Positions 50,401 through 63,715 of a DNA stretch of 64,000 bases are shown here, in pieces (position 1 is the first letter of the stretch; every line of letters starts with the position of its first letter). The stretch is from NCBI RefSeq assembly GCF_000002075.1, contig NW_004797546.1:88274-152273 (forward strand). The letters are read 5' to 3'. Position numbers and translations under genes: made by a program. The notes under the pieces are model-generated. The model did no database searches, had not been told where the DNA came from, and saw nothing but the letters and a program-made list of their open reading frames with translations. This stretch comes from Aplysia californica (Eukaryota).

Positions 50401-52770
50401 CTTGTCTGTTTAGTTTTAGACATATTATAGCAATGCCCACTGAGCGCGTTTTGTTCTGCCGATTTTTGGCCCCCACCACTGGGGTGTTTCGTGGAACGAA
50501 CTAACGCAATGGTTGTTGTCTTCAACTCGCTCTCACGCCGCTCCTCGGGAATGGATATAAATAAAACTTGGCAGCCAATCAGAAAAGAGGTCAATCACGT
50601 AGTATGCAGATTGACAAGTTTGTACCCTTCCAAGAAGAAGTCGAAAACTTTTGCGAAAGTTGTTGATGTGGTGCTCTTTGAAGATTTTTCGGAGTTGTGA
50701 TTTGTCAAACTGACTGATAAGTTTTACACCATTTTTCTTCTTTCCCTTAAAATTTCATGCTTCTGTGTTTAGCGGTTTTTGGGAAATCTATAAAAATGTG
50801 GGAGTAACTAAGGGAAAAGCGGCACTACCATTTGCGCGTGCTGGGTGAACGACCGGCAGCTGGGAAAATTCCACTGAGTGACGTCATCAGCCATCAGTCG
50901 CCTCGGGCGCTACAAACTAGGCCCCGCTTGTGAACCGGAAAGGTGGGGAAGGATGCTTGAAGACTAAACGGGGGCCTTGATAACTTGCATTTGTCACTTG
51001 TGTTGCATTTTAGTCACAACACAATAGATGTAGTCATTTTTATTTGCTTAATTGCATGAGAGAAGAATATAAAAACAGAAAAAAGCAAACTTTCTTGAGA
51101 AGTGGTGTGTGTATGGCTTTGTGTTTGCGTTATAATAGATGAAAGCCTATTCCCCCCTCTTGGAAAAACACACACTTGGACTCGTCCTGTTTGTTCTGTT
51201 TGGAAAAGTGAGGCATTGAGATTGTTATTAAAGAGTATGGCACACATATATAGTCCAGTCTGGGAAGATAGTCTCGTGTCGTTCACGCCTGCGGGCGTGA
51301 GTGCGTGTGCGTGCATGTGTGTGTGAGTGAGAGAGAGAGAGAGAGGGGGGGGGGATGGTCTAAATATCTGTTACATTTTATAGTATAAGTTGTAGCCTTA
51401 GACACATATGCGAAATATTCCCATGACTTGTAAACTATATAATTTATTCATTTATAACGGATCTTAGTCTACAACACTTGACAAAAGGACACTATATATA
51501 TATTCAGAGACGATCTTATTTTCCATTACAAAGTGTGCATGCTTTTACTTGTAGAGAACTGGATTTGTTAGACTAATAAATAGAGCTCTTTGCTTACATT
51601 TTGCATTTTGGTGACAAATTGATCCCGAACATTGCTTGGCAAGGAGGAATCTTTTGTTGCCAAGTTTCATTGAGATTTCTTGACTTTGGGAAAAGATATA
51701 TATATATGACTGATAATCTTTGTAAATCTGTAAAGAAGGCCACTTTTTTACCTGTAAATGTCTTTACAACTCAAAACGTATGATAGATATTACAGCATGA
51801 CTAGATTATGCATTAAAAACTGTACTAGACTGCCAAGTTTCATTATACTCCAAGAAATAGGCGAGCTATGACAATATATTGTCTCAATACGCACCGAATA
51901 CCACCACATTTTTACCTATAAAAACGTCTTCATAAGTCAAAAAGTAAGACAGCTATGAAAAATCTGAAAGCAGGACTAGATTTATGCACTAGATAATGTA
52001 CTGGGTTGCCAAGTTTCATTTACATAATACTCCGAGAAATGAGCGAGTTATGACAAATATTGTCTCTAAACTCACCAAAGAAGGTCCTATATTAAATTTT
52101 TTTTTTTTTTCATATATAAAAGTGTTCCAAAAATTAATTGATTAAAAATTTCGTAACTTTTTTGTTTATAGTTGAATTTCTAAAATTCAAAAAGTTCCAT
52201 GCTCTGTGAAGATACAGAACTACAAAATGCACCTATTTGCAAACACTTTCTGACAAATAAAGATTTTTATGATCATTGCTACATTTTAGTAGAAGAGTTT
52301 TACAGTACTTGCAACCGAATAAGGTCACAAGTTATAGTGCCGCGTGTAAGAAACAAGAAAAGAAAGAACCCCCCATTGTTGGTATGAGTATGATACACGG
52401 AGGTCCACCAAAGTTAAATCCCCTACCCACCCTCAACCACCACCTCTCGCTCTCCTCGCCTCGCCACTGGCTTGCGCTGTGCGCGAAGTCGCCTGTGAAA
52501 CTACCTTTTGTCTGCACGTAGAGAACTATAAGTGAGTAGTTAGGCTTGGTACACGCGTAGTAATCACGGGCCCAGACTGGAGGTCAGGTAAAGTACAATC
52601 CAGCCAGAAATGAGAAAGGTTGATACTGATCATGTTTGGACAGGAACTGAAAGTGAAAAAAGGAGCAAACCACACCAGCAGAGCCTCCCACCAACTACCC
52701 ATGACTTGTCTGTTGTCTACTGTAATGTTGACAAACGTTTAAAAGGGCCTTTAGGCCTAATAACATTTAA

Positions 52771-53946
52771 CACAGGTTACAAGTGGCTACGTTCAATACG
52801 GTTCATGGCGCCGTGAACGTAGTCTGCAGGCGTGAATGTAGTTGGCAGGCTATGTTCACGGCACCCTGAATGCAGTTTGCAGGCGCGGTTGAGGCTATGC
52901 TCACGGCACTCAAGCTTCGTTTAGACGGAGCGTCCAGTGCCGGTTTAAGTAAGCCGATTTTAGTCAGTGATATATATTTAATATTTGGTGGCCTGCTTCG
53001 AATTCAAGCGTTCCATCCCATGAGATGAAGGAAAACGAAGCAGTGATCCTTGACCGATCGACCATTCATCTTTTTCCCTTACACTGAGCTCTGGCTCAGA
53101 GCTCATCTGTGTAAGGGAAAATGACAAACTCTTAATTATGGAACTATGTATTAGGGTATATATTGACTAAAATGTATACACGTGTACCAGGATGTTTCAA
53201 TTGCTCTAAATCTATCTCGCGTGTGGGCGAGACTTGGGCGAGACTTGGGCGAGACTTGGGTGCAACCTTGTGTTAGCACGTGACAGCCCGTGATACGAGT
53301 GTAAACAAACGTTCCAGCGCCATCGAGCTGAAAGCGTGCAATTTTGTCTGCGGGCAGTGTGTGTGTGTGCGTGTGAGAGAGAGAGAAGGGGGGGGGGGAG
53401 GGAGGGAGAGACCGATAGACAGAGACAGAGAAAAAGAGAGAGAGAGAGGGGGTGGGAAGAAAGAGAGAAGGATAGAGAAAGGGGGAGAGACAGACAGAGA
53501 GAGAGAGAGAGGGTGTTTGATATTTAATATATTAATAATTGATTCCCGTCATTTTCTCTCTGCGTCGGTTCCCAGGCTGACCTGGTGCAATACAGTCATT
53601 ATTATACACATTTTATGACCAGTCCCGTCTTCCGAATCCTACCTTCTGTTTCCCATCTCTCACCTCTCGTTTCCCATGTCCGTATCCAATTTTCCATATA
53701 TATCCCATGTCCCGACTTTTGTTCAGTAAGGACCCTTCATTTTCCTTCATCTCATGAGATGGAACACTTGAAGCTGGCCAAAGTATTAAATCTATACGTC
53801 ACTGTCGTCACTGACTAAAACAGGCTGACTTAAACTGGCAGTGGACGCTCCCCCTAAACAAAGCTTTAAATAGTGCCGTGAACGTAGCCTCAACAGTACC
53901 TGCAAACTGCCTTCAGGGCGCCGTGAATGTAGCCACTGCGTACATT
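52771..53946. mobile_element. Non-autonomous DNA element with ~200-bp imperfect TIRs, flanked by TTAA
   Basis: 52782-52970 is inverted at 53807-53937 (AGTGGCTAC..GTGAACGTAG..TTTAGTCAGTGA). Confidence 0.65.
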
Positions 53947-55962
53947 TTAAACTGAAAGTTGTACCTCCCCTTTTTGTTGCGAGAAAATAGTACATGATGC
54001 AATCATGGCAAAAAACTGATCTCTTTGTGATCTTCAAAAGAGACACCACAGCCACAGTGAGTCACTGGTTTATGGATGCTGGTTCAGAATTTAATATTAT
54101 TTCCAGATGCAGTTTTCAATAAGGCCGGCTCTATTCGGACTCGAGTTCGAATATGAGTATTATCTATTCGGACTCTTGTCCGAAAAAAATGTTTTCTGGA
54201 CTCGGCTTCTAAATGAGTTGTAATACGAGTGTAAGGAGGTTACATAATATAACTGTCATCGGGGGATTTTACGTAGAACTAGAATTACCTACTAGGACTG
54301 TAATTGTGTCAAAAGTAAAAAGAAAACTTCACTCTCATTTCCCAACGGCAGTGTCTAAGTACACGGTAATCGACAATTCAGGGTCTTTCCACCACCATTA
54401 CAGCATCATCATTACTTTCACCACCATTTGTCCTTCCACACTTTAATTTCATTTTGTTGTGTGTTATAGTTTTTCTGTAATTAATTATTTTTAAAAATCT
54501 CATCGCACAAAACCGACAGCCGTGGCCTCTTCCCAACACCTTTTCCCCCAGCGAGCCGAGAGTGTGTGATCGCTACGCACAGTCTCATTGGTCGACATAA
54601 TTAACTTTGCCCCCCGGCAAGGTCAACTCAACTTGGTTGTTCTGTTCATACTAATGATGAGGGCAGGGCCGGTTTAGATAGATCTAGGAACTGGATATTA
54701 AAGCTCACGTCTCGATTGTTATCACATTATAGTTGAAAAAATTTTCATAAATGCAGGAAATATTTAGGAACAAGCGTTGGAAGTTGGAACGGATGTCATG
54801 CTGGACTCAATTTAGAGTCCGAATAAAACTTGTGTCTATTCGGACTCGACACTTCGTTTCAATAAATGAAAATTTTATCTTGGCAGTTTGAAGGCTTTGG
54901 CAGAAGCTTGCCAACTATAAAATTTTCATATTTTTACAAACCCAATTTTATAACAAGTAATATAATCAAAATTTTGTTAACTTTTTATCACGAGCAAGCT
55001 GCTCCCAGCGGCTCGCGGTCGGAACCCCTGTGCCAGTGAGCCGCTGACTTCAGCTCCGGTGCATTCCTTTATCATTTATGACAACTTCGACATCAAATTA
55101 CTTTTCGGCAGCTGCTGAAAACAGGTCACTTTTATGAAGATTTCATTCATTTGATTTAATCACCAATTTTGTGACGATTTTGTCCTTTTTATATTTAGTA
55201 TGAAAAACGGGCCCCGGCATACTGGGTTACCCCCCCCCTCAGAGATAAAGAGTTAATGAATTCGGGAGACTCTTTTTGTTGCAACAAGATTTTGAAGATC
55301 GCAAAAAAAAAAAGAGTTTTTACACTATTGGATCGGGACGGACAACTGTCTAGTTTTAACAGTATATGTTGTAATTCCCCCTTAAAGTTCAAATTAAAAT
55401 GAATAGATTGAATAAATAGGCCTAATTTGAAAAGTAGCGAGTTTATACATAAAGTAAGGGAAGAATTTGATTTGGAGTTGAATAATTGAATGTCCTAAAT
55501 TTTTGGTTTTAAGTTTTTGTGATTTATAGTCAACTTATTGTTTCATCCAACATACGTCAAATAAATCTATTTATGTATTGTCAGTCTCCTAGGGGATTGC
55601 CATGTTATTTTTTTTGACAGCACTTTTTACTGAAGTGCTGCTGTCACTCAATATGAACATATAACAATCATACAAGGTAGTGAATCAGTATTAAGTTACT
55701 TTTGTTCCCGTCTTGCACATTTTATCTTAAAGTTGTAATTTTAGTTTCAAATTGTGAAGCAAAATGAAATTTTTTTTTGCGACTGGTTTAATTGATTTTA
55801 TACCTGCTTAATTTTTGTAACCTTTTCGACATGAAAATTAAAAAAAATAATGATGAAAATAACTTTTACAAAGAACTTCAAGCCCAGACAAAATATGGAC
55901 CAAACTCCTTGTAGCCAGTCATTTGTGTTTTCAAGTTCTGTTTATTCCACTATGTAGGTTAA

Positions 55963-56202
55963 CCTTATCCGTAGGCCCTGGGGTCATTTTGTACCCCCGG
56001 GGTTGTATTTTTCACATTTTAGAATACTTCTAGTACGAAGATATCTTTGAAACTTTCAGTATTTCTCAAAAAATCATTTTGACAGCCTGATATGCAAAGT
56101 GTATGGATCGGATTAACGAGTAAATTTCCTCTTTGGAAAGTGGTGGCTCAGAGTTCCCCGGGTTGTATGGATACAATAGTAAAACACGACGTACGGATAG
56201 GG
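55963..56202. mobile_element. piggyBac-type MITE
   Basis: TTAA|CCTTATCCGTA...TACGGATAGGG|TTAA. Confidence 0.8.
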
Positions 56203-56917
56203 TTAATGAAAATAGTGATATAATGTTCCTATTGATCCCTTGGATGATTAGTATCAAAAGAAAGTAGGAAATGAAGACTGTGATTCCGCCAGCTTTTTAA
56301 AGACAATCATAATGATTTAATGTTTTGACTATGTGATCGAACCAGTCAAAAACCATGTAGCCTTTTATGATTTGACCCCTTAGCAGAACTGACATGATAT
56401 GTGCCAAAAAAAAACCCAGTACAGTATTTGTAAAACTGCATTAGTGGTTAGCTTTAGTTGTTAGCTTTTGTTGTATGCTAATCCATGCCACATATTTCAT
56501 CGCCCCCAAGATCTACACCTGGTCCTGTGCTACATTTGCAGCCTATTTTCACCCATATTGTGGTTCTCTATTTAAAACTACGTTGAATAGTTTGAGTGCT
56601 CATTCAGACAAATCATAAATCCATCAATATTTCACTGAATTATTAGAGCCATTTTGGGGTGTAACACCCTTTTAGCCTGGGTGCATAAATCCCTTGTGTA
56701 CTGAAAGAGTTTGAAGTTTAAAGAGGGCCTCTGCGCATGCAAGGTATGGTAAAGCAGTGTAGAAAAGTTTTTGCCTTAATTTCAAACCACGGTTTGCTGT
56801 GGATGTACTTTTTTAGAACAGGTACTTATGCAAGCAAATTAGTGAGATAATATTTCATTTAAAGTAAAAGCGGGCTGTTTGCAAATTAGGTTTTTCTGCA
56901 AAGTTTATTTTAGAAAT

Positions 56918-57354
56918 TGTGAGGCAGCGTGGTGGAATCAGGCTCTCGTCAAAATAATCAAAGTGAAGAAATTTGCATTTTTCCGCAGGTTTGTGAATTT
57001 TCATCAGATTTTTGTTTTGGGGCTCAACACCTTTCATGACCATTAAAGAACTCATTTCTGTGTGGACTTTTCTGAAAAAGTGAATTAATTGCCCAAAATA
57101 TGTAAATGTTCAGTTACCACGGACTCTTAAGCTAAGGAAATAACTAATCTTTGGCGGCCATTTTCTCACTAATTTTATCTCTGAAAACAGGTGACCCCCC
57201 ACCTCCTTCTTTTGCAAATATCTCGACTTGTATTCAGAATAAATGGATATCTTTTTCATCCAAATAAAGACAGGTGAACAAGCTTTAATATGATACCAAT
57301 AACTCTACATGCCCAAAAATTGACGAGAGCCTGATTCCACCACGCTGCCTCACA
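56918..57354 (+). mobile_element. ~440-bp MITE family, copy 4 (best preserved)
   Basis: Perfect ~35-bp TIR TGTGAGGCAGCGTGGTGGAATCAGGCTCTCGTCAA. Confidence 0.85.
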
Positions 57355-57623
57355 ATTACTGGTTATGATGAAAGTAGAACACTGAGAGAGTGGATGTGTT
57401 TGTTTGAGAGAGAGAGTGAGGAGTGCTAGATGATAACACTCATGGTTATTTCTCATTTTAAAATATGTTTCATTGATTGAATTTTGATCTAGTTGGGAAC
57501 TTTCTGATGGTCCTAAAGGGGCTCATGGCATCACATCCAGGAGCCATCTGTGAGACTGTCTAGTCAAAATTATCAAAAGATCAAGTGGTAATGTTGAAAA
57601 CTAGGTAATACCCTCTAAAAAGT

Positions 57624-57628
<5 letters not shown>

Positions 57629-57704
<76 letters not shown>
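57629..57704. repeat. (TA)n microsatellite
   Basis: Pure TA run. Confidence 0.95.
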
Positions 57705-57709
<5 letters not shown>

Positions 57710-58437
57710 CTGTCGAACCTGTGTAAAATAGCCACCCATTGTCAAGGAGAAAAGTGGCCGTATAATACAGGTGACCGTCTCAGGTAGGACTGATCAAAAT
57801 GAAGAAAGCAAACCTTTCTCTTTGCACGTCCGAACCGGAGCTGATCTCAGACAAATACAAAAAGGTTTTCTGTTCTATTGAAAAAAGGGACTGCAGGGGG
57901 TGTAAGAAGGGTTTTGTTATTGTTGTTGTTATTTTTGGTTAGCTTTTTTGGTTGCTGATTTTGTGTAAGGGTAAAATAACAAATGTAAGACGATGAAGAC
58001 CAAGTGCCATAGTAAAACAAGCACTGGGTCGCCACCACTCGGAGAATGAGCCACGCTTCTGTCGCTAGTTAACGTCCATTGTTACTTTGTTACAAATTAC
58101 ATAAACAAAACAGTGACCAGTCACCTCACATACGATTTGTGTACTAGTTGTGGATGGGGTTTATCATTTATGAAGGATCATACACTTCCCTCACCTGCAT
58201 TTGAAAATGTATTATTACCGATCTTAAATTTATGACAAAGCATCGGGCAATGCGAGACCACGCCTGGCTGTGTCAGACAGGTAAATTTGAACATATTGGT
58301 TGATATAATAAGGTGGCCGTGACCGAATTGGACAGGTGACCATTTTATAGAAAAAATACAGGAGGGGGAGGGATGGAAAGTGACCGTTTGTACAGGTGGT
58401 TGTATTATACAGGTGGTTGTCATAGCAGGTTCAACTG
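57710..58437. mobile_element. pogo/Tigger-like (Tc1/mariner) MITE
   Basis: TA|CTGTCGAACCTG...CAGGTTCAACTG|TA; subterminal ACAGGTGG repeats. Confidence 0.75.
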
Positions 58438-58461
58438 TATATTTTGTGTTTTTGTTCACAG

Positions 58462-58573
58462 GCCAACAATCAGCTGAGCATCCATGACTCAGTGTTGTTT
58501 GTGTCTACTCTCAGTGGTTCTTTCTACACAGTGAGTCGCAGCTCTGGAAAGGTGGTGTGGTCCCTCAAAGAAG
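58462..58573 (+). CDS. ERN1: IRE1 exon 2 (luminal domain)
   Basis: ttcacag|..LFVSTLSGS..VWSLKE G|gtaagt. Confidence 0.92.
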
Positions 58574-59041
58574 GTAAGTTTGGGTTTAAATAGCTTTTTC
58601 TCTTGTAATTTTTCTTGAATTTTTATGTAGCTTTTTATCTTGTGGAAAAACTACTTGATAATAGTCAAATAGTGTTGATCCATTGGTGTTCAGTTTTTGA
58701 AATGGCTTGGTGTTATTTTCAGTTGAATTCTTATATAAAGGACTAGAAAGTGTGTGGGAAAAATAATGTCTATATAACAGCGAATAAGTTGTGCTTGTTT
58801 GTTTTTGCTTCTTTATTTATAGGGTTTACTACTGCTGTGGCAGGTAGAAATATTATACCAAATATATTTTTGCTGAAATTGAGATGTTTTTTCCCCGTAA
58901 TATCATAATGGTCTAGAACTTTTCAAGTGCTATAGAGGAAAGTTATGATATGCATATGACTCTAAGCATACCTATGTGAATAATTATTGCAATCAGAAAC
59001 TTGGCTATTGATTTTTGTGTTGTTTTGTCTCTTTTCATCAG

Positions 59042-59078
59042 ATCCAGTGTTGCGTGTCCCTTTAGATTTTGCATCAGG
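59042..59078 (+). CDS. ERN1: IRE1 exon 3 (37-nt microexon, DPVLRVPLDFASG)
   Basis: ttttcatcag| ... GG|gtgagt; phases 1/2 fit both neighbours. Confidence 0.88.
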
Positions 59079-59180
59079 GTGAGTACTTCTGTTAGAAAAA
59101 GACTGCATGCTATGCATATTTTCTCCCAATAATGAAGTCGAGCATTCATATTTTAGTCCTAAAATTGTCATTACCTTTAA

Positions 59181-59262
59181 CACTTTGCCGTCATATTTTG
59201 GGGGAAATCCAAAGAAACTGAGTGGTAAACGTTGCCAATCGGCGAGATGAGGCGGCAAAGTG
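59181..59262. mobile_element. 82-bp mini piggyBac-type element
   Basis: TTAA|CACTTTGCCG...CGGCAAAGTG|TTAA. Confidence 0.7.
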
Positions 59263-60881
59263 TTAAGCCTAACATCATCACAATGGTGTTTTGTGTGACC
59301 GGTAAAAGCAGGTATGGGATTTAAATTATGCTAAGTCATCTGTTTATCTACTTAATGTATGGTATGAAAATTTTAGAATTCAAGGTTTTTAATGCTTTGT
59401 CTTGTGGCTCACATGGCTTCAAACATCAGAGGGTGATGATCAACAACAGTCTGTAACATTAAAACATACAGAGACTTGTCATGAGTGGAGATAATTTATT
59501 GATGAAAATGTTGGTAACAGCTTGGCACAGAAATGATGAAAGTTAAAAGGTCCACACTTCTTTCTGTCNNNNNNNNNNNNNNNNNNNNNNNNNNNNNNNN
59601 NNNNNNNNNNNNNNNNNNNNNNNNNNNNNNNNNNNNNNNNNNNNNNNNNNNNNNNNNNNNNNNNNNNNNNNNNNNNNNNNNNNNNNNNNNNNNNNNNNNN
59701 NNNNNNNNNNNNNNNNNNNNNNNNNNNNNGCAAGAAGCACAAAGTGTCAGTACTGAAACAACTAAAGTACCTTTCTCTGCACAACCAGAGTTCAGATTTG
59801 CAAACATATGGAGGAATTTAGAAATGCTATTTTTATTAGAGCTGTACTGCCGTAAGCTGACAAAATGCCTTTTTTAAAAGTTCACGACAGTTTCAAGATA
59901 AAGTGGCTTTTAGATAGTGAAACCATTTTATAAAGGCTTTCTTCCGAAATTTAAATTCTTATTTATTAAAAAACTAGTCTCAGCTTCACTTTGATTTTTT
60001 AATACCAGTAGGGTAACTAGTAACCAGGTTTTCTATTTAGCAAATTTAAAAAAATTGGCGCCAAATATAAAAAAAGGTTGTTTGTCAGCTTAAAGCAGTA
60101 TATTCTTGGAAGTCTAAAAATTCTTGAGGTCCAGTTAGATTATGATACGTAGCTACGTTCTCCCAAATTAGCCAACTCAGCAGAAGTAACTATTTCCTGC
60201 TAAAAAATTGGAAGTGCACAAATTTATTCAACTCTGTCAGCTGTCAAGATGTTACTAACAACACCAATTTTATCAAATTAGATTACTGTACCGCTATTTT
60301 GATGTGATGGCTTAAAAACTTTCACAGTTAATGGTTTTCAAAATAAAACTGTGAAATTGACAGTTAAATGAAAGAAATCTGATTCTTTTCTCAAACAACT
60401 GCATTGGCTGACAGCAAATCGAAGATCAATACACAAATACTGTTTTCTATAATAAGTGTCTCAGTGATACTGCACCTATCTAAAACAATTTCTTGAGTCA
60501 TATCATCTTCCCTAAGCTCTTAGATCAGCCACCAACAAATTGATCCTTAGAACCTCAAAACAAAAGTAAAGGACATGAGCGTTCCTTTTCCTACTTTGAT
60601 CCTCATTACATAGAGACCAGCTGACACATCACTTATTCACAGATGCATTCCTGTCATAATGATACAAAAGCTCCAACGCATGGTCTCACACGAGGCCACC
60701 ATACTTTTAACTCATGTTGAAGTATTTCAATGCCCAGACTCTTTTTATCAATTCCATGCATGCCTAGATGTTCAAACATCCAGACTCTATTCTCACATTG
60801 TGATCCATGACTATGCAGGCACATATTCCACATAAGCAAATAGCAGTGTTTATGCTCTCTCTTTCTCTCTCTCTCTCTTTC

Positions 60882-60946
<65 letters not shown>

Positions 60947-61863
60947 CTCCCCCTCCTTTGACACACACACTCACAATCACACGCACTATCTTTCACTCTC
61001 TTTGTCTCTTGTCCATACCTGTCTCTCTCTTTCTCTCCCTCTNNNNNNNNNNNNNNNNNNNNNNNNNNNNNNNNNNNNNNNNNNNNNNNNNNNNNNNNNN
61101 NNNNNNNNNNNNNNNNNNNNNNNNNNNNNNNNNNNNNNNNNNNNNNNNNNNNNNNNNNNNNNNNNNNNNNNNNNNNNNNNNNNNNNNNNNNNNNNNNNNN
61201 NNNNNNNNNNNNNNNNNNNNNNNNNNNNNNNNNNNNNNNNNNNNNNNNNNNNNNNNNNNNNNNNGCTCCTTCCCAGTACAGCTTTTTTTTTTCATGAGGC
61301 GGGGTTTACATTTGTCATGACACAGCTAGTACTTTGAATGTCAGATAAAGTATTAGTGTGATAGCCTCCATAGTGTGGTTTGTTGGTACTTCACCATATT
61401 GCAGAAGATCAAAGGCTGGCTTCAGTGAGGAGGTCATTTTTCTTGTAATTCTTGAAATGTGTTTTTTCCAAACCCTTTTCCCATTTTTCCAGTAACTGTC
61501 ATGGATTGAATCTAACAATTTGAAGGGGGAAAAATGAAAATTGCTTGTGCTCTGTCTTTTGTGCAGATTTAATGAAATCTCACTGTCTTTTACTTTTTTT
61601 TCTTCTGAGAAACCATATTCTTTCTGTTCCCCATTTTAGCAGTACAGCTTCAGATACATCAACAAATCACCACTTTTAACAAGCTCAGTCCTTTACAAAA
61701 TTGCATAAGTCTATCAGCGTCTGGATTTCCACCTCTACAATCGCAGCCACCACAATCATCGCAACCACCGCCACCATCACAACCATCCCAATCAGCAGTA
61801 TAATGAACATACCTGTCGTGTAGTGTACCAATAATATTATTGTATTGTTTGGTTCTTCCACAG

Positions 61864-62006
61864 ACCCAGCTTTCTGCCTGACCCGAAAGACGGTAGTCTG
61901 TATGCTATAAGTTCGAACCATGAACCCATCAAGAAACTACCCTTCACCATTCCTGAACTGGTCACAGCAGCTCCGTGTAAGAGCTCAGAAGGGATTTTCT
62001 ACACAG
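61864..62006 (+). CDS. ERN1: IRE1 exon 4 (luminal domain)
   Basis: ttccacag|..[33 protein letters not shown]|gtatgt. Confidence 0.93.
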
Positions 62007-62728
62007 GTATGTTTTGTTGTTATAATCTCTTCCGGCTATCAAAACCAAACCACAACCTGATCCCTCTCGGTTGGTCTGGAATTTTACTTATGGCATGATA
62101 TGTTTTATAATGCTTCTTTAAATATAATGGCTCAGTTGTTAAAGTAAAACGCCCCTATTTTCGTCTTCTTTGCCTTTCCTTGCTAGATCTCGACGTTGTT
62201 GACTACTGATTCTTCAGCCTGCAGTGTAACTGATTTTTTGATATTCGATGGTTTTTCCTACTTTGTAAGGCCCCTTGCCTTCACAACACCGCGCATTTTT
62301 AGGTTCAGCATCTATAGAAGTGAATGATGTTTGCAGAATGCATGAAAACCCAAATTCTAGACTGTGCCTTTGCGATTTGAGCCAGTGTCCTCCTCACTGC
62401 AGTCCAGCATAGTACTAGCTGCATTAGCTGCCCCCCCCCCCCCAATCCCCCCTTCATCCTCTCTTAGATGTTATATTCATTACACTGCGAATGAATTTGC
62501 TTGTTTGTATCAACATTTTCTTTATCTTGATGTCTTAGTGATAGAAAAGTGTTCTTCTATGGTACCTACGAAGTTCTCACAACTCTGCTGTCTTGGAATG
62601 GATTTTTTTTTTTTTTAGATTTGGTACTATGAGTACATAACTAGCCAGAAAATCTCACTTTTAATGTCTGAATTTCTAACGTGGCATTTTCATGTGCGCC
62701 AACATTGTTTTATTACAACCCTCGTACA

Positions 62729-62933
62729 CGTACCCCATCTCACCCCCTGTCTCTCTCTCTCGTAACCCATCTCACCCCCTGTCTCTCTCTCTCTCGTACC
62801 CATCTCACCCCCTGTCTCTCTCTCTCTCTCGTACCCCATCTCACCCCCTATCTCTCTCTCTCTCGTACCCCATTTCACCCCTTGCCTCTCTCTCTCTCGT
62901 ACCCCATCTCACCCCCTGCCTCTCTCTCTCGTA
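62729..62933. repeat. ~33-37-bp minisatellite (CGTACCCCATCTCACCCCCTG+(TC)n)
   Basis: About 6 tandem units running into an N-gap. Confidence 0.9.
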
Positions 62934-63169
62934 NNNNNNNNNNNNNNNNNNNNNNNNNNNNNNNNNNNNNNNNNNNNNNNNNNNNNNNNNNNNNNNNNNN
63001 NNNNNNNNNNNNNNNNNNNNNNNNNNNNNNNNNNNNNNNNNNNNNNNNNNNNNNNNNNNNNNNNNNNTCTTTCACACAAAAATGCTCGATATATTGTCCA
63101 CACACACAAACGCACACACACGCACACTCCACACCACACAAAACCACACTACACATACACAAATATACG

Positions 63170-63201
<32 letters not shown>

Positions 63202-63502
63202 TAGACTGAGATAAACTGAGAGAGAGAGAGAGAGAGAGACTAATCAACTGTTGATGTTATCGCGGTGTTGTTGTTGACTAGTTCAGCTTCATTTTGCGTC
63301 ACGCCTTGGAGATTTGCGTGCTTGTGAAAGTCACATACTTCGATAATAATGTACAAATTATATCAATTACACATTCCTGAAACTCAACCTCTGTGTTGAT
63401 ATTCAGAGTTGAATCACAATATTGGTGTTCCTTGTTGTGACAGGCGAGGTAGATGGCCAGATTAGATATTGTGTGGTTGTTGTTGTTGTTGTTATTATTA
63501 TT

Positions 63503-63537
<35 letters not shown>

Positions 63538-63549
63538 TATCATTATTAT

Positions 63550-63715
63550 GTTGGTGGTTGGTGGGTGCTCTAGTGAGGTTTGCTTCTTCTTTCCTATCAA
63601 ACATCTATCGTATTTATATCTCCTCCTTTTTTGTGTTACTCTCTAGTAACACCTCTAATCTTCGGTACTTATATGTCCTTATTGTGTTGCAAGTGCTGTA
63701 AAACTCTTACTAAAG
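63550..63715 (+). mobile_element. Short LINE-tail retroelement (same family as the 9600-10665 copies)
   Basis: GGTGGTTGGTGGGTGCTCTAGTGAGGTTTGC..CCTATCAAACATCTATCG..GTTGCAAGTGCTGTAAAACTC. Confidence 0.65.

Larger units (their letters stand above)
49751..62006 (+). other. ERN1: IRE1/ERN1 gene, 5' part (coding exons 1-4; continues beyond the window)
   Basis: Spliced frame MASMALLFCLVFSLISSSEP|ANNQLSIHDSVLFVSTLSGSFYTVSRSSGKVVWSLKE|DPVLRVPLDFASG|[48 protein letters not shown] matches the IRE1 luminal domain. Confidence 0.93.

Noticed and set aside
50879-50886. TGACGTCA CRE/bZIP site in IRE1 intron 1 as UPR feedback element
   Set aside because: Single 8-mer in TE-like sequence; no canonical ERSE/UPRE seen nearby
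62729-62933. Regularly spaced ~35-bp repeats (CRISPR-like)
   Set aside because: No unique spacers and a eukaryotic context; it is a minisatellite
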